Shown here: in pieces, positions 38,617 through 48,270 of the stretch | How the letters are laid out: every line of letters begins with the position of its first letter | Position numbering within the stretch: the stretch's first letter is position 1 | Assembly: GCA_964467385.1 (NCBI GenBank) | Contig: CAYXQC010000002.1 | Location: forward strand, 1,625 to 65,624 | DNA length: 64,000 nucleotides | DNA from: an uncultured Candidatus Saccharibacteria bacterium | Lineage (GTDB): Bacteria > Patescibacteriota > Minisyncoccia > Phycocordibacterales > CAIZLB01 | Direction of reading: 5' to 3' | Notes under the pieces: generated by a model | The model's input: only the letters and a program-made list of their open reading frames with translations | What the model was told of the DNA's origin: nothing | The model's database searches: none | Made by a program: the position numbers and the translations under genes

Positions 38617-39894
38617 ATGGAAAAACAGCCTCTTAGCGGATCAGAGCAAAAAATTCAAGAATATGTCGCCAGAATTAAGGGTGGTGAGTCGAAAGATTCA
38701 ATCCTGCAAGGTTTACCGCCTTCCTTTGTTGCTGGTATTGAAGCAGGTATTAATGAATCAGAAAGTACTACGGAATCGAAAACGGAGAAGGTTGACATGA
38801 GTGAACAAAAAGACGAACCTTCTGTTCCGCCACAGTATGAAGGTTTGGATGCTGATACCCTTGATTTCATTTGGACTATTCCTGAATACATAGATACCGA
38901 AAAAACCAAGCGGGAAAAAGACAGAAAACAAAAAATTATAGATACTCTCAGAAAAAAAGAATTGGGCGGAACAGAAATACAGGAAAAAAAACTTGTCGAT
39001 GAAGTAAAAGTGGAACAGATCCGAAAAGACCTTGGTATTGGTTCTGATGAAGCATTAGTGTCAAAACAGCAAGAGCTTGCCGCGATTCAAAATAATGAAG
39101 GAGAGGAAAATCATCTTATCTCTGGTTTAGTAAAACTTGTCTCTCAAGGAAGAAAGCAAGCTGTCATAGATTTGTATAAAAATCTTTTTGATAATATCGA
39201 TGATCCAGATTCTCGCAAAAAACTAGCCTCTGGATTATTTCAAGATGTCTACAATAGATACAGAATTGCAGAATACCCAACTGACCCAGTCGAAGAGCAG
39301 ACATGGGAGGATGCACTCAAAAGCACAAAAGTGGGTATAAATAACAAGAAAAGTGAATGGATGTATCGTGGGGTTTTTCCGAAAAATGGTGAGGAGACTA
39401 CCACTCGCGGATCGTTCAATGTTAATGTCACACCTGAATTAATTGATAGTCTCGATGATATGATCGCGAGCGGAAAGATAAAAGCAAATTATAAATTTGG
39501 ACAACCTGGAACAACCGCATCGCCAACAGAACGGCACGACTCGATCAGTATTTATTTCCTAGAACAGCCGAGCGACGAAGCACTTCAAGAATTAGCGACA
39601 ACAATAAAGCCATATGTCCGTGGCGACAATCTGCTTGGTAAGAAAATAGAAGATGGATTTTTCATGTCAGAGGTTGGTTCTGTAGAAACTGAACACATAG
39701 AATCTTTTATCGAGGAACTAAAATCAAAAGATCCCGCTTTTGCCGAAGCGGTGAAAGGATACACCTCACCGCAACCAGGAAGAGGTAATTCACTTAAGAT
39801 GTCAGAAGCTCAATTCTATGCTGTTAAAGATGTCGCTCGGGCTTTTGGATACGGCATTTCTTACGACAAAGATAAAGGATTTCAGATTTCTTAA
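38617..39894 (+). CDS. hypothetical protein
   Basis: 425 aa ORF with no recognised domain. Confidence 0.45.
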   Translation: MEKQPLSGSEQKIQEYVARIKGGESKDSILQGLPPSFVAGIEAGINESESTTESKTEKVDMSEQKDEPSVPPQYEGLDADTLDFIWTIPEYIDTEKTKREKDRKQKIIDTLRKKELGGTEIQEKKLVDEVKVEQIRKDLGIGSDEALVSKQQELAAIQNNEGEENHLISGLVKLVSQGRKQAVIDLYKNLFDNIDDPDSRKKLASGLFQDVYNRYRIAEYPTDPVEEQTWEDALKSTKVGINNKKSEWMYRGVFPKNGEETTTRGSFNVNVTPELIDSLDDMIASGKIKANYKFGQPGTTASPTERHDSISIYFLEQPSDEALQELATTIKPYVRGDNLLGKKIEDGFFMSEVGSVETEHIESFIEELKSKDPAFAEAVKGYTSPQPGRGNSLKMSEAQFYAVKDVARAFGYGISYDKDKGFQIS

Positions 39895-39907
39895 TGAATA
39901 ATTTTCT

Positions 39908-40438
39908 TTGCCTACAACGACAGAAGATCAAAATTACGTATATCACGGCTCGCCAGTAAGATCGTTTGAAGTCGTCACTCCGAAACGAAACAAGCGAGTT
40001 CAGATATCCAACAAGACAGGCGAACACGAAGTCATTTTCGATGACATTTCTTTCCATGCCACTCCGTACAAATGGATCGGCATCGCATATACCTATCATT
40101 CAAAACCATACGAAATCGATGGCAAGCAAGCCCATTACAATATGGGAGTGAGTCTCTATGTTCACGAGAAAAAGCTCACCATTTATGGTTTTGAATCCTT
40201 GGAAAAAAGTCTGGAAAAACTCTATGGCGACGGAGGATATCTATACGTATTCGACAAGAAAGATTTTTTCCATACGAAAGGGTTAGGAAATCTTGAGGTC
40301 ATCACTAAAGAAGCCATCAAGCCCGTTTCAATTGAAAGGATTACTGATCCAGTCAAAAAGCTCAAAGAATTAGGAGTAGAGTTTGAATTTATTGATTTAT
40401 CCAAACCTGAGAATGAAAGGGACAGAAATTATTATTAA
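39908..40438 (+). CDS. hypothetical protein
   Basis: 176 aa ORF. Confidence 0.4.
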   Translation: MPTTTEDQNYVYHGSPVRSFEVVTPKRNKRVQISNKTGEHEVIFDDISFHATPYKWIGIAYTYHSKPYEIDGKQAHYNMGVSLYVHEKKLTIYGFESLEKSLEKLYGDGGYLYVFDKKDFFHTKGLGNLEVITKEAIKPVSIERITDPVKKLKELGVEFEFIDLSKPENERDRNYY

Positions 40439-40443
40439 CTCTT

Positions 40444-42579
40444 TCAATAAATCCCGATATCTCGGTACTGTGAAGGCTCGTCGTAATAAGGATCTAAGAA
40501 GTCATCCTCAAATTGTCTCCTGTCAGACATCTTCTTCACTTCTTTCACCATTGTCATCGCAAGCGCACTCGGAATGGAAGAATCAGTGCCGTAATCTGCA
40601 AGAGTTTCTCTGTCGATGATCTTCATCTTGTTTCCACTCTCTGCCCATACGATCGATAGAAGGTCATCGAATATCGGCCTGCCGAATAGCTTGCCACCTC
40701 TTCGGAGCCAATCAGCTAATTTCGCATAGCTTCGTGTGTAATTGTCCGTGTAAAGATTTGAGTCAAACTGCGGTGATTCGTTCATATCAATTCCATACCT
40801 CTGACGATCCACATATTTACCTATGAGAAAATGACCTGGGGCAAACTGTCGCAACAGCTTGCATAATTCCTGTCCTCTGTCGCCTTTGTCCACGAAGATA
40901 TTTGTATCCGATATTGGTACGTCATAGACGTGCGCTAACTCGATGATCTTCATTGCCACTTTCGCCGTATCTTCAGTTGGTTCGTGATACACAACCTCGG
41001 CTGCATTGTCTGATCGAAGCACTATTGTCGAGTGAGTCATGTTTCTTCCCGCTAGAACTACGCCGAATCTTTTGTCACCGACATGAGAAATCTTCTCGTG
41101 GTAGCTGTCGTTCAGTAACCGCTCCTCGAAGAGGGAGTGATGGCCTTTGATCACCTTCGAGTCCTGCTCAACGATACTGAGTACGAGGATGCAGAACGCA
41201 TCACAGAGGTCATCGTGACTTTCTGTGCCGAATCCTGTGAGCTGTGACATCAATTTCTCCGCACCGACTTCAGGAAACACCACCGTACCTGCTTGTATGT
41301 GTCCTGATGCCAAGGCGAGCCTCGCTCGTTTGTCCGTTCCGTGCAGTTTCCATTCCTTTGCGGGGAATCCGTCTGATACTAGCTGATCGACCAATGATTT
41401 CTGGTATGCCACAGTCTCTATCCACATTCCAGTCGGAATGCCGTTACCGAGCCCATTTGATACCGACTTAATCCTCTCGATGCTTTTTGGAAAGTCCATC
41501 CTCTCATTCACTGGATTGGCCATGATATATATCTTCAAGGATTTTCTTCTGCCATGTACTCTCCCCGATACCATTGCTGTATAGTCCGCCGTATCTTTTT
41601 CAGAGATAGCAGGATCTACTCCACTTGCTGCATATCTGAATGTCTCCACGGGAGGAAGAACTTTGTATGTCTGTATCCATTCAGGTCTGACAACCTGATC
41701 ATCATCGGCGATAATCTGCAACATATACTCGCGTTGCCATGCTTGAGAACTCGGCACCGACTTACGGAAAGTATCAATTTCCGTTTGAGTGGAAAACTTT
41801 TCAGGCCATAATGATTTACCGTCTGTGTCGAGGAACGGATATGCACGAGTGGTACCCGGCATCTCATTCTTAAATATTGCTGTCTTTAACTTCATGATAA
41901 GTGACTCGTTGTGGAGCTTGGTACCGATGACTATGAGACGGGTATCTATGTCTCCCAACGGCATAATATCTCCTGTCAGCCAGTCAAACATTTTCTTCCT
42001 GCTTTCTGCCGTTTTTACGATATCCAAATCTTCCAAGTCGTCGCAGATGATGAGGTCGGGGCGGTGGGGTCCGTGCTTGATTCCTCTAATCGAGTTATCT
42101 ATCGAAGCAACCGTGATTCGTGCGCCATAATTTGGAAGGACGATTGAGACAGCACGCCATTCGTCATTTGGTTCCTCGAACGGTCCGAGGTCAGCCTTAA
42201 GGAGTTTGTTTGACTCAAGCTCTATCTTGATATTTGCAAGATATTGTTTTGCCTGACTTTCTGTCTTGGCGATGATGAGGACGAATTTCTTTTGTTGTAC
42301 CCCGAGAATCGACCAGATGGAATACGAGGTACCCATGATGGTGGTCTTGCTTGATCCTCGGAATGCTTCGACTACGACATTCTTCTGCGTCGTATCCTCC
42401 GTCAACTCGAATAATTCCTTCTGGAAAGGCGCGCTCTTGTATTTCATGTAATGGGTGAAATATATCTGAAAGAACCAGTAGTGACATTCTCGGGTCAGAT
42501 TGCTGCGGGTAACTTGGTCTTTGATGATTCTGTTCAGTTCTTCGGGTTCTATGTCTTGATTATGATTGTGTATAGTCAT
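40444..42579 (-). CDS. phage terminase large subunit-like protein with ~230-aa C-terminal extension
   Basis: Walker A AFRGSSKTT and Walker B LIICDDLED, then an RNase-H-like nuclease region (ESHDDLCDAF), then extra C-terminal sequence. Confidence 0.6.
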   Translation of the reverse strand: MTIHNHNQDIEPEELNRIIKDQVTRSNLTRECHYWFFQIYFTHYMKYKSAPFQKELFELTEDTTQKNVVVEAFRGSSKTTIMGTSYSIWSILGVQQKKFVLIIAKTESQAKQYLANIKIELESNKLLKADLGPFEEPNDEWRAVSIVLPNYGARITVASIDNSIRGIKHGPHRPDLIICDDLEDLDIVKTAESRKKMFDWLTGDIMPLGDIDTRLIVIGTKLHNESLIMKLKTAIFKNEMPGTTRAYPFLDTDGKSLWPEKFSTQTEIDTFRKSVPSSQAWQREYMLQIIADDDQVVRPEWIQTYKVLPPVETFRYAASGVDPAISEKDTADYTAMVSGRVHGRRKSLKIYIMANPVNERMDFPKSIERIKSVSNGLGNGIPTGMWIETVAYQKSLVDQLVSDGFPAKEWKLHGTDKRARLALASGHIQAGTVVFPEVGAEKLMSQLTGFGTESHDDLCDAFCILVLSIVEQDSKVIKGHHSLFEERLLNDSYHEKISHVGDKRFGVVLAGRNMTHSTIVLRSDNAAEVVYHEPTEDTAKVAMKIIELAHVYDVPISDTNIFVDKGDRGQELCKLLRQFAPGHFLIGKYVDRQRYGIDMNESPQFDSNLYTDNYTRSYAKLADWLRRGGKLFGRPIFDDLLSIVWAESGNKMKIIDRETLADYGTDSSIPSALAMTMVKEVKKMSDRRQFEDDFLDPYYDEPSQYRDIGIY

Positions 42580-43003
42580 TTTCGTTTTCTGTTATTGGTT
42601 CTTGTAATACTGTTGTTTCCTGTATGCCGAGCACCTTTCGTATGAGTGCCTCCTGCTCGAGAGTCATAGGATCTTCCTTCTCGATCGTCGCCCTCACATC
42701 AAGCCTGTTGCTGTAGTCAGGGTGGTGCTGGCGGAGCCAGAGCTGAATTGCAGGGAAATTCTTTTCCTTAATCAAAGTAATGAGCTGGCTTTCGCTCAAG
42801 TCATTGATGAGTTCCACGCCATCTTTCATCGCTTCATCGGAATTCTTCTTGAATTCGGCATCGTCCTGCCTCCACCTGTAGTAGGTACTCTTGCCGACAT
42901 TACATCTGTCGCAGACAAGCTGAATAATCGGCGTTTTCTTCAACTGCTCGATAATCAATTTCTTGTCAGTATCTATTCTTTTTTGTGTGTTTTCATTGGT
43001 CAT
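42560..43003 (-). CDS. phage terminase small subunit-like HTH protein
   Basis: CDRCNVGKSTYYRWRQDD HTH; its 3' end overlaps the TerL start. Confidence 0.5.
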   Translation of the reverse strand: MTNENTQKRIDTDKKLIIEQLKKTPIIQLVCDRCNVGKSTYYRWRQDDAEFKKNSDEAMKDGVELINDLSESQLITLIKEKNFPAIQLWLRQHHPDYSNRLDVRATIEKEDPMTLEQEALIRKVLGIQETTVLQEPITENENDYTQS

Positions 43004-43279
43004 ATTTTTGAGTTTTCCACAGTTAGCTTGTAATACTAGGTTTCTCTTTCTTTCTCTTAGTTTTGTGTGTTAACTTACTTAACCAGTTTCGGTAAAGTAG
43101 GTTTACTGCTTTCGGTTAACTTGCTTTACCACCCCTCTCAGTTATCCACAGCCCGCGCATCACTTTTTCCTAAGACTTTGTTTCTCTTTGTTTCCTAGAT
43201 TTTGTGTGTCTACCTAGTAGACCACTATTGGTCTAGGAAATAGACTACTTCTGGTCTACTAAGTAGACTGGTCTATCTG
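43004..43279. repeat. repeat-rich non-coding region: two ~30-bp direct repeats (gtttctcttt..ttttgtgtgt) and an array of TAGACC..GGTCTA palindromes
   Basis: Direct copies at ~43027..43058 and ~43178..43210. Palindromes include tagaccactattggtcta, tagactacttctggtcta and tagactggtcta. Confidence 0.6.
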
Positions 43280-44041
43280 CTAGACTAGTTTTTCCACAGC
43301 CTTGCCAGTCAGTTTCTCCCATCGACTTATTGCCGTCTGTACATACTCAGGATCAAGCTCGATTGCGATGCAGATACGCTTGGTCTGCTCACAGGCTAGG
43401 AGACATGTTCCCGAGCCGAGGAAGGCATCGTAGACCGTGTCGCCAATGCGGGTGCTGTTGAGGATGAGATGACGAAGGAGCGGCACAGGTTTGGTCGTCG
43501 GATGGAAAGGGCTTTTGCTCGGCTTCGGATGGACGATGACGCTCTTGTCCTTCGATTTCAGGAATTCGTGAGTTCCATGCCAACCATATGCGATTAACTC
43601 GTGCATCGGGGCATAGTCCATTCTTCCGACGACAGCTTGTGTCTTTACCCAGACAATGAGTTGAGCGAATTTGCATCCGATACTTTTCATTCCATCACGA
43701 AGAGCGAATATCATCTTGTCCGAGTTGAAGATGTACAGGGCATTTTTCTTTTCAAGATGTGGTGTGACCACACCAAGCCAGTCTTCAGTGAACTTTTTGT
43801 ATTCCTCGTCGCTTTGCAAGTGATCATTCTCGATTTTCTTGTCCTTAAGCAATGCTTTGAAATTCTGTTTGCTCTCAGCGACCGCCACGCCATATGGAGG
43901 ATCGGAAATGATCGCCTTGATTTTTCTCTTGCCGATTACTTTCGCCACGAATTCCTTGTCCCTCGAATCGCCACAGGCAATCGTATGTTCGCCAAGCTGA
44001 AAAACATCGCCGACCTTAATTGAGTTTGGTGACTTTTTCAT
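43280..44041 (-). CDS. DNA methyltransferase (N6-adenine/N4-cytosine, DPPY motif)
   Basis: ISDPPYGV (motif IV) plus a C-terminal FLGSGTCLLA (motif I). Confidence 0.8.
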   Translation of the reverse strand: MKKSPNSIKVGDVFQLGEHTIACGDSRDKEFVAKVIGKRKIKAIISDPPYGVAVAESKQNFKALLKDKKIENDHLQSDEEYKKFTEDWLGVVTPHLEKKNALYIFNSDKMIFALRDGMKSIGCKFAQLIVWVKTQAVVGRMDYAPMHELIAYGWHGTHEFLKSKDKSVIVHPKPSKSPFHPTTKPVPLLRHLILNSTRIGDTVYDAFLGSGTCLLACEQTKRICIAIELDPEYVQTAISRWEKLTGKAVEKLV

Positions 44042-45434
44042 TTGGAGAGAGTTGCTTAAAGCGGTTGATAATGAGCTGGCAGAATATTGGCTCTATCTCG
44101 CAGAGATATGCGGTGCGTTTCAGCTGTTCACAGGCAGACAAGATACTTCCTGATCCTGCGGTCAGATCAAGAACAATGTCATTAGGCTTTGAGCATCTTC
44201 GCAATGCTTTCTCGTGCAAAGTCGGTGGCTTCTGCGTTGGGTGAGCATATTCTTGTGATGGCAATCTTTTGACCAACCAGATATTGAGCATGTCCATGAT
44301 GTCCTCGGTGAGACGATTGCCCGTGGTCATCTCTTTGTTCAGAATCTCATGCAGGTTTTTTACCTTGTCAGAAAGGTATGGTTTACCTCTTGTTCCGTAC
44401 ACGCAGTACTCGGTCACTTTGTTGAAAGCGATATTAGGAGTGGGATTCGCTGTGGACTTTACCCATAGGCATAATCTCTTTGAATCGATATCGAGTTCTT
44501 TGTAGAGTTCTTGGAGAAGATACACATACCGTTCGTCGCACCAGAAGAAAACATGTATATCAAGCTTTGAAACTGACAGCGCATTTTGCATCAGCGTTTT
44601 TAAGAATGTCCGGTACTCGTTTTCGCTTTTGCTATCATCGGTCGTACCACCATACCTTGCTTTGTTGCCGACGCCTTTGCTGTAATCGAGAGAAATATTG
44701 TAGGGCGGATCCGTATCTACCATATCCGCAAGCTTTCCGTTCATTATTTTTTTCACCACCTCGGGATCAAGCGAACTTCCGCATATCAATCGATGTCTTC
44801 CTAGAGAAAAGTAGTCTCCAGTCTTGATATCGGTTTCCTTAATCTTCTCCAATTCCTTTTCCTCGTCGAAGTTGTCATCGGTCACTTCAAGATTGTCGTC
44901 GAAGATATTGGTGAGGTCTGCGGAGTCGAATCCTGCCGTGAGCAGGGTGTCGATATCAAAATCACTCGCCAATATCTCCCAATCCCACGATCCGCCCGAG
45001 CGGTTACTTGTGAGAAGGTATTGTTTGAACTCACTTGGCGTGAGTTTGCGATTCGGGGTTCTGACTTCGATTTCTTCTTCGCCTCGGCCAAGAAGCTGTA
45101 AAGCTTTGATACGTTGATGGCCTGCCGCGATTTTTCCATCAAGATTTATTGCAGGCAACTCAGCAAGATTGAATTTCTTGAGGCTTTCTTTTAAATCTTC
45201 CATTTGTTTGTCTGTGATCTTACGGGGGTTCTTCTCGTATGGAAGCAGATCATTGACTCGGCGCTTTTCGGTGCGCCATACTAGTGGTTGTAGTTTTGAC
45301 ATTGTTATTATTGCTAAATTGATAATGGTCGCAGTATGTACTGCGTGTTGTGCACAAGTATGGGAATTACTTTTGCACAGGCTAATCGTAATGGCAGAAA
45401 AAAGTAAAACAGGGTGGATTACTTTTTCTCCCAT
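44016..45434 (-). CDS. ParB-like nuclease domain-DNA methyltransferase fusion
   Basis: ParB N-domain, then DTDPPYNISL, then LDLTAGSGSIL. The true start is probably the internal MSKLQPLVW. Confidence 0.8.
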   Translation of the reverse strand: MGEKVIHPVLLFSAITISLCKSNSHTCAQHAVHTATIINLAIITMSKLQPLVWRTEKRRVNDLLPYEKNPRKITDKQMEDLKESLKKFNLAELPAINLDGKIAAGHQRIKALQLLGRGEEEIEVRTPNRKLTPSEFKQYLLTSNRSGGSWDWEILASDFDIDTLLTAGFDSADLTNIFDDNLEVTDDNFDEEKELEKIKETDIKTGDYFSLGRHRLICGSSLDPEVVKKIMNGKLADMVDTDPPYNISLDYSKGVGNKARYGGTTDDSKSENEYRTFLKTLMQNALSVSKLDIHVFFWCDERYVYLLQELYKELDIDSKRLCLWVKSTANPTPNIAFNKVTEYCVYGTRGKPYLSDKVKNLHEILNKEMTTGNRLTEDIMDMLNIWLVKRLPSQEYAHPTQKPPTLHEKALRRCSKPNDIVLDLTAGSGSILSACEQLKRTAYLCEIEPIFCQLIINRFKQLSPNEKVTKLN

Positions 45435-45900
45435 GACTTAAGGGTAATTCCCGAAAAGTGATTTTCCTGTTGCATTACTTTTGCCTTGCACAATGGTACT
45501 CGCTTAAAATCGCAAAAAGGTGTGCATTACTTTTGCTACTCAGAATCGTATGCTGGCCAACGCATCCAATTAGTGGGTATTGAAAATGCTACTGGATATA
45601 AAATGTGAAAAACACTGTGCAATCAAATCGTAGCGGACCCGAATAGTTCTGTCTGGAGGAATTACCTGGCCGAGAATAGATATTGAAATTAGTCCAGAAA
45701 TACGGGATCAGGTATGAAAAAGTAAATGAGACACCGTATTTTGAAGTGTCCCATTTACTATTTTCCATTTCTACCCTTATTTTACTTGGTCTTTTTGCTC
45801 CTCACTTTTCAAAATACCCCTATTTGGGATACCCCGTATATGTGTCTCAAATGTCCCATTTGCAAGAAGTCAGACCGTGACTCACAAGCCTCAAACGGCC
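45350..45900. repeat. iteron-like repeat cluster (4x GNATTACTTTTGC; 2x CCGTAT..TGTCCCATTT) in non-coding DNA
   Basis: Copies at ~45372, ~45416, ~45473 and ~45527; tgtcccattt at ~45738 and ~45850. Confidence 0.55.
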
Positions 45901-46441
45901 GAGTCGGAATATGCTAAAATACCCTTACAAGGCCTCAAGGTGTGGGTACCGTACCCACGACGCCCGCACGGTTGTACACACAAACACAAGTAAAGACCCG
46001 CCGAAAGGTGTGTTTTTGTTTTGGGTTTTTAATTGCAAAGATATAAAATACTTAATTGACTTTTAGTTGTAGTCCATATCTCCCTATGCTACAGTCTTGA
46101 TATCTCAGTCAACCCGCCACACTGCTATCCAATGAAAAAGTTCAAAAAATTGATAACAAGACTCATTCTCGGGCGCTCGATCATTCGTCGGATACGAACA
46201 AATCGAAAACTGCGACATCAATACAAACATGCTGTTGCCAATAAAACAATGCGCATCAGTATCAAACGCCAAGGAGTGACCATCTCCGCTCGCGTCCATC
46301 ACTTCTCGGATCTCCTGAGTATTCAACACATCCTCAAGGTGGCCCGAGAGAATTATCGAGCAATCAAAAGGCTTCGCGCTACGCGCAAATGGATACTCGC
46401 TTAGGGCTCATGCCAACGAACAGCTTCAGTGTCCTACTCAC

Positions 46442-46474
46442 AAACCGCAGGTCCACCCCGCCTGCGGTTTTTTT
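46442..46474 (+). terminator. rho-independent terminator
   Basis: aaaccgcagg-tccacccc-gcctgcggttttttt. Confidence 0.65.
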
Positions 46475-46573
46475 ATTTACCCCTGCTCAAATTCTCCAAA
46501 GGGAGTACTATTAGTATGTATGAAACAGGCCACAATCTGTTTTTGCTTAAAAAATAACCCGATCCTTCTTGGA

Positions 46574-46999
46574 ATGAAGAAGGTTAATTTTGGTACTAGC
46601 AAGTGGAATGGGTACGGAGGCAAAGTTGGAGACGAGGTGCCAGGATAAACCCCGAGAGCTGCGGCCGTTCGAGAACTCAAAGAAGAATGCGGCCTTACAG
46701 CTACTGAAAAAGATATGACGCATGTAGCAATTGTGCGTTTCTATTTTGAGGACAAACCGATCTTTGAATGCTTCGTCTACACGTGCAACAACTGGCAAGG
46801 TGAACCAGTTGAAACAGATGAGATGAGACCAGAATGGTTTCCACTCGAACAAATTCCATACGAACACATGTGGGATGCAGATAAAAGGTGGCTGCCGATG
46901 ATTTTGAAAGGAGAAACTTTTGAGGCGACAGTTGTATTTAATGCTGACGGATCTGCGTTGAAAAAATTTGAATCAAAGCCTGTGATTTTTGAGAGATAA
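46574..46999 (+). pseudogene. MTH1/NUDT1-like NUDIX hydrolase pseudogene (N-terminally truncated, in-frame TAA at 46636..46638 inside the Nudix box)
   Basis: Reads MKKVNFGTSKWNGYGGKVGDEVPG*TPRAAAVRELKEECGL ... ETDEMRPEWFPLEQIPYEHMWDADKRWLPMIL. Confidence 0.6.
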
Positions 47000-47106
47000 T
47001 GACAAAACCGGACACCCTTCACAAATATTTATACCCATTGTACCATTCTTTTAACCTTGGATAGCCCAGGGTAGTTCAAATCCAACAGAACCAATCTATT
47101 GAGCCC

Positions 47107-47349
47107 ATGAAAACATTGCTTCTTCTTGTTGTGGCAATTCTCGCCACTACCCCATCCTGCTCGTACCAGTACGTTCCACCAACCCAAACGGCGGTGGATA
47201 CCTACGAGGCAAAGATCAAGTCTGGCCATCAAGCACTCGCCCCGCACGGTCACCTGTATCAGACAAATCAATCTACTGATCTGGTCAGCTACAGCAGCCC
47301 CGACCATCGCACCGAAAACATTGGAGCGCTCGTTACCATCCGGCGATAA
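47107..47349 (+). CDS. small secreted/lipoprotein-like protein (GC-rich)
   Basis: Signal peptide MKTLLLLVVAILATTPSC, with a terminator at 47379..47412. Confidence 0.4.
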   Translation: MKTLLLLVVAILATTPSCSYQYVPPTQTAVDTYEAKIKSGHQALAPHGHLYQTNQSTDLVSYSSPDHRTENIGALVTIRR

Positions 47350-47378
47350 CAAGTCGTCATCGAATCAAAAACACCCAC

Positions 47379-47412
47379 GGCCAGAGGTTCATCCCTCTGG
47401 CTTGTTTTTTAT
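47379..47412 (+). terminator. rho-independent terminator
   Basis: ggccagagg-ttcatcc-ctctggc followed by a T-run. Confidence 0.65.
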
Positions 47413-47511
47413 TTATTTTTAAAAAATCGCAACTTTTTCAAACTCTTTTGCCAAGCATTCACAGAGTGTTTTCGTACCATTTAGTCAAATGTATGCTAAA
47501 ATATTTTCAAC

Positions 47512-47982
47512 ATGGGTAAGGATCCTTTTATCTGGGAAGCGCACGAATATTATTTTCAGGAAAAATCTGCTGATTGGTATTGGATCGTAGGTATCATCGG
47601 TGGATCAATTGGTGTGATCGCTATTATTTTCGGTAATATTTTATTTGCACTTCTTATATTCTTGAGCACGATTGTACTATCTATCTTTGCCTCAAAAGAA
47701 CCTTTGCTTGTCCGATTTGAAATTAACAAAAGTGGCGTAATTATTCACAAGACCCTCTACCCTTTCGGTACGCTTGAATCTTTTTGGGTCGAAGACAATA
47801 GACATATCGGTCACCCATCTCAACTTTTTATCAAATCTCGAAAATTCATCGTACCCCTTATCGCTATTCCACTTGAAGGCATCAACCCTGAAGACATTAG
47901 AGATTTTCTTCTCGATCACTTACTTGAAGATGAACACGTAGAACCGGTTGGTCAAAAACTCCTAGAGTACTTTGGTTTTTAA
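47512..47982 (+). CDS. hypothetical membrane protein
   Basis: 156 aa with two TM helices. Confidence 0.45.
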   Translation: MGKDPFIWEAHEYYFQEKSADWYWIVGIIGGSIGVIAIIFGNILFALLIFLSTIVLSIFASKEPLLVRFEINKSGVIIHKTLYPFGTLESFWVEDNRHIGHPSQLFIKSRKFIVPLIAIPLEGINPEDIRDFLLDHLLEDEHVEPVGQKLLEYFGF

Positions 47983-48008
47983 ACTTTTTGTGCTAGTTAT
48001 ATGTGAAA

Positions 48009-48080
48009 GCTCTCGTCGTTCAATGGATAGGACGTAACTTTGCGGAAGTTATGATACAGGTTCGATTCCTGTCGAGAGCA
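48009..48080 (+). tRNA. tRNA-Arg (anticodon read as GCG; unusual, verify)
   Basis: GCTCTCG-TC-GTTC-AATGGATA-GGAC, anticodon stem TAACT/AGTTA with loop TTGCGGA, T-arm ACAGG-TTCGATT-CCTGT, then CGAGAGC-A. Confidence 0.7.
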
Positions 48081-48126
48081 CAAGTATCGCGAAATTCAAA
48101 CTGCTTTGGATTTCGCGATACTTGTG
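48079..48126 (+). terminator. 17-bp perfect inverted repeat (cacaagtatcgcgaaat / atttcgcgatacttgtg) directly after tRNA-Arg
   Basis: Perfect 17-bp stem with a 14-nt loop. Confidence 0.55.
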
Positions 48127-48270
48127 CTGGCCAGAACAATGTTTTGTCAGTAGACAAAACACGCGAGGTGAGGTCGACAGTTCTGAGCTGCGCGAAAAAA
48201 CTGGTGACCACTAGATTAACCATTTATAAATTCTTTATAGTTCCCCTTCCCTGCAATTTTCCCGAAAAAG

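Noticed and set aside
46105-46404. Overlapping ORFs 46132..46404 (+, very basic 90 aa) and 46105..46329 (-, 74 aa)
   Set aside because: I cannot decide from sequence which strand, if either, is coding. Only the plus-strand terminator at 46442 mildly favours the plus ORF, so neither is called.
46636-46638. In-frame TAA in the NUDIX gene, considered as a possible stop-codon reassignment
   Set aside because: All other genes in the window terminate normally at TAA/TAG/TGA and no bacterial TAA recoding is established. A pseudogene or sequencing error is far more likely.
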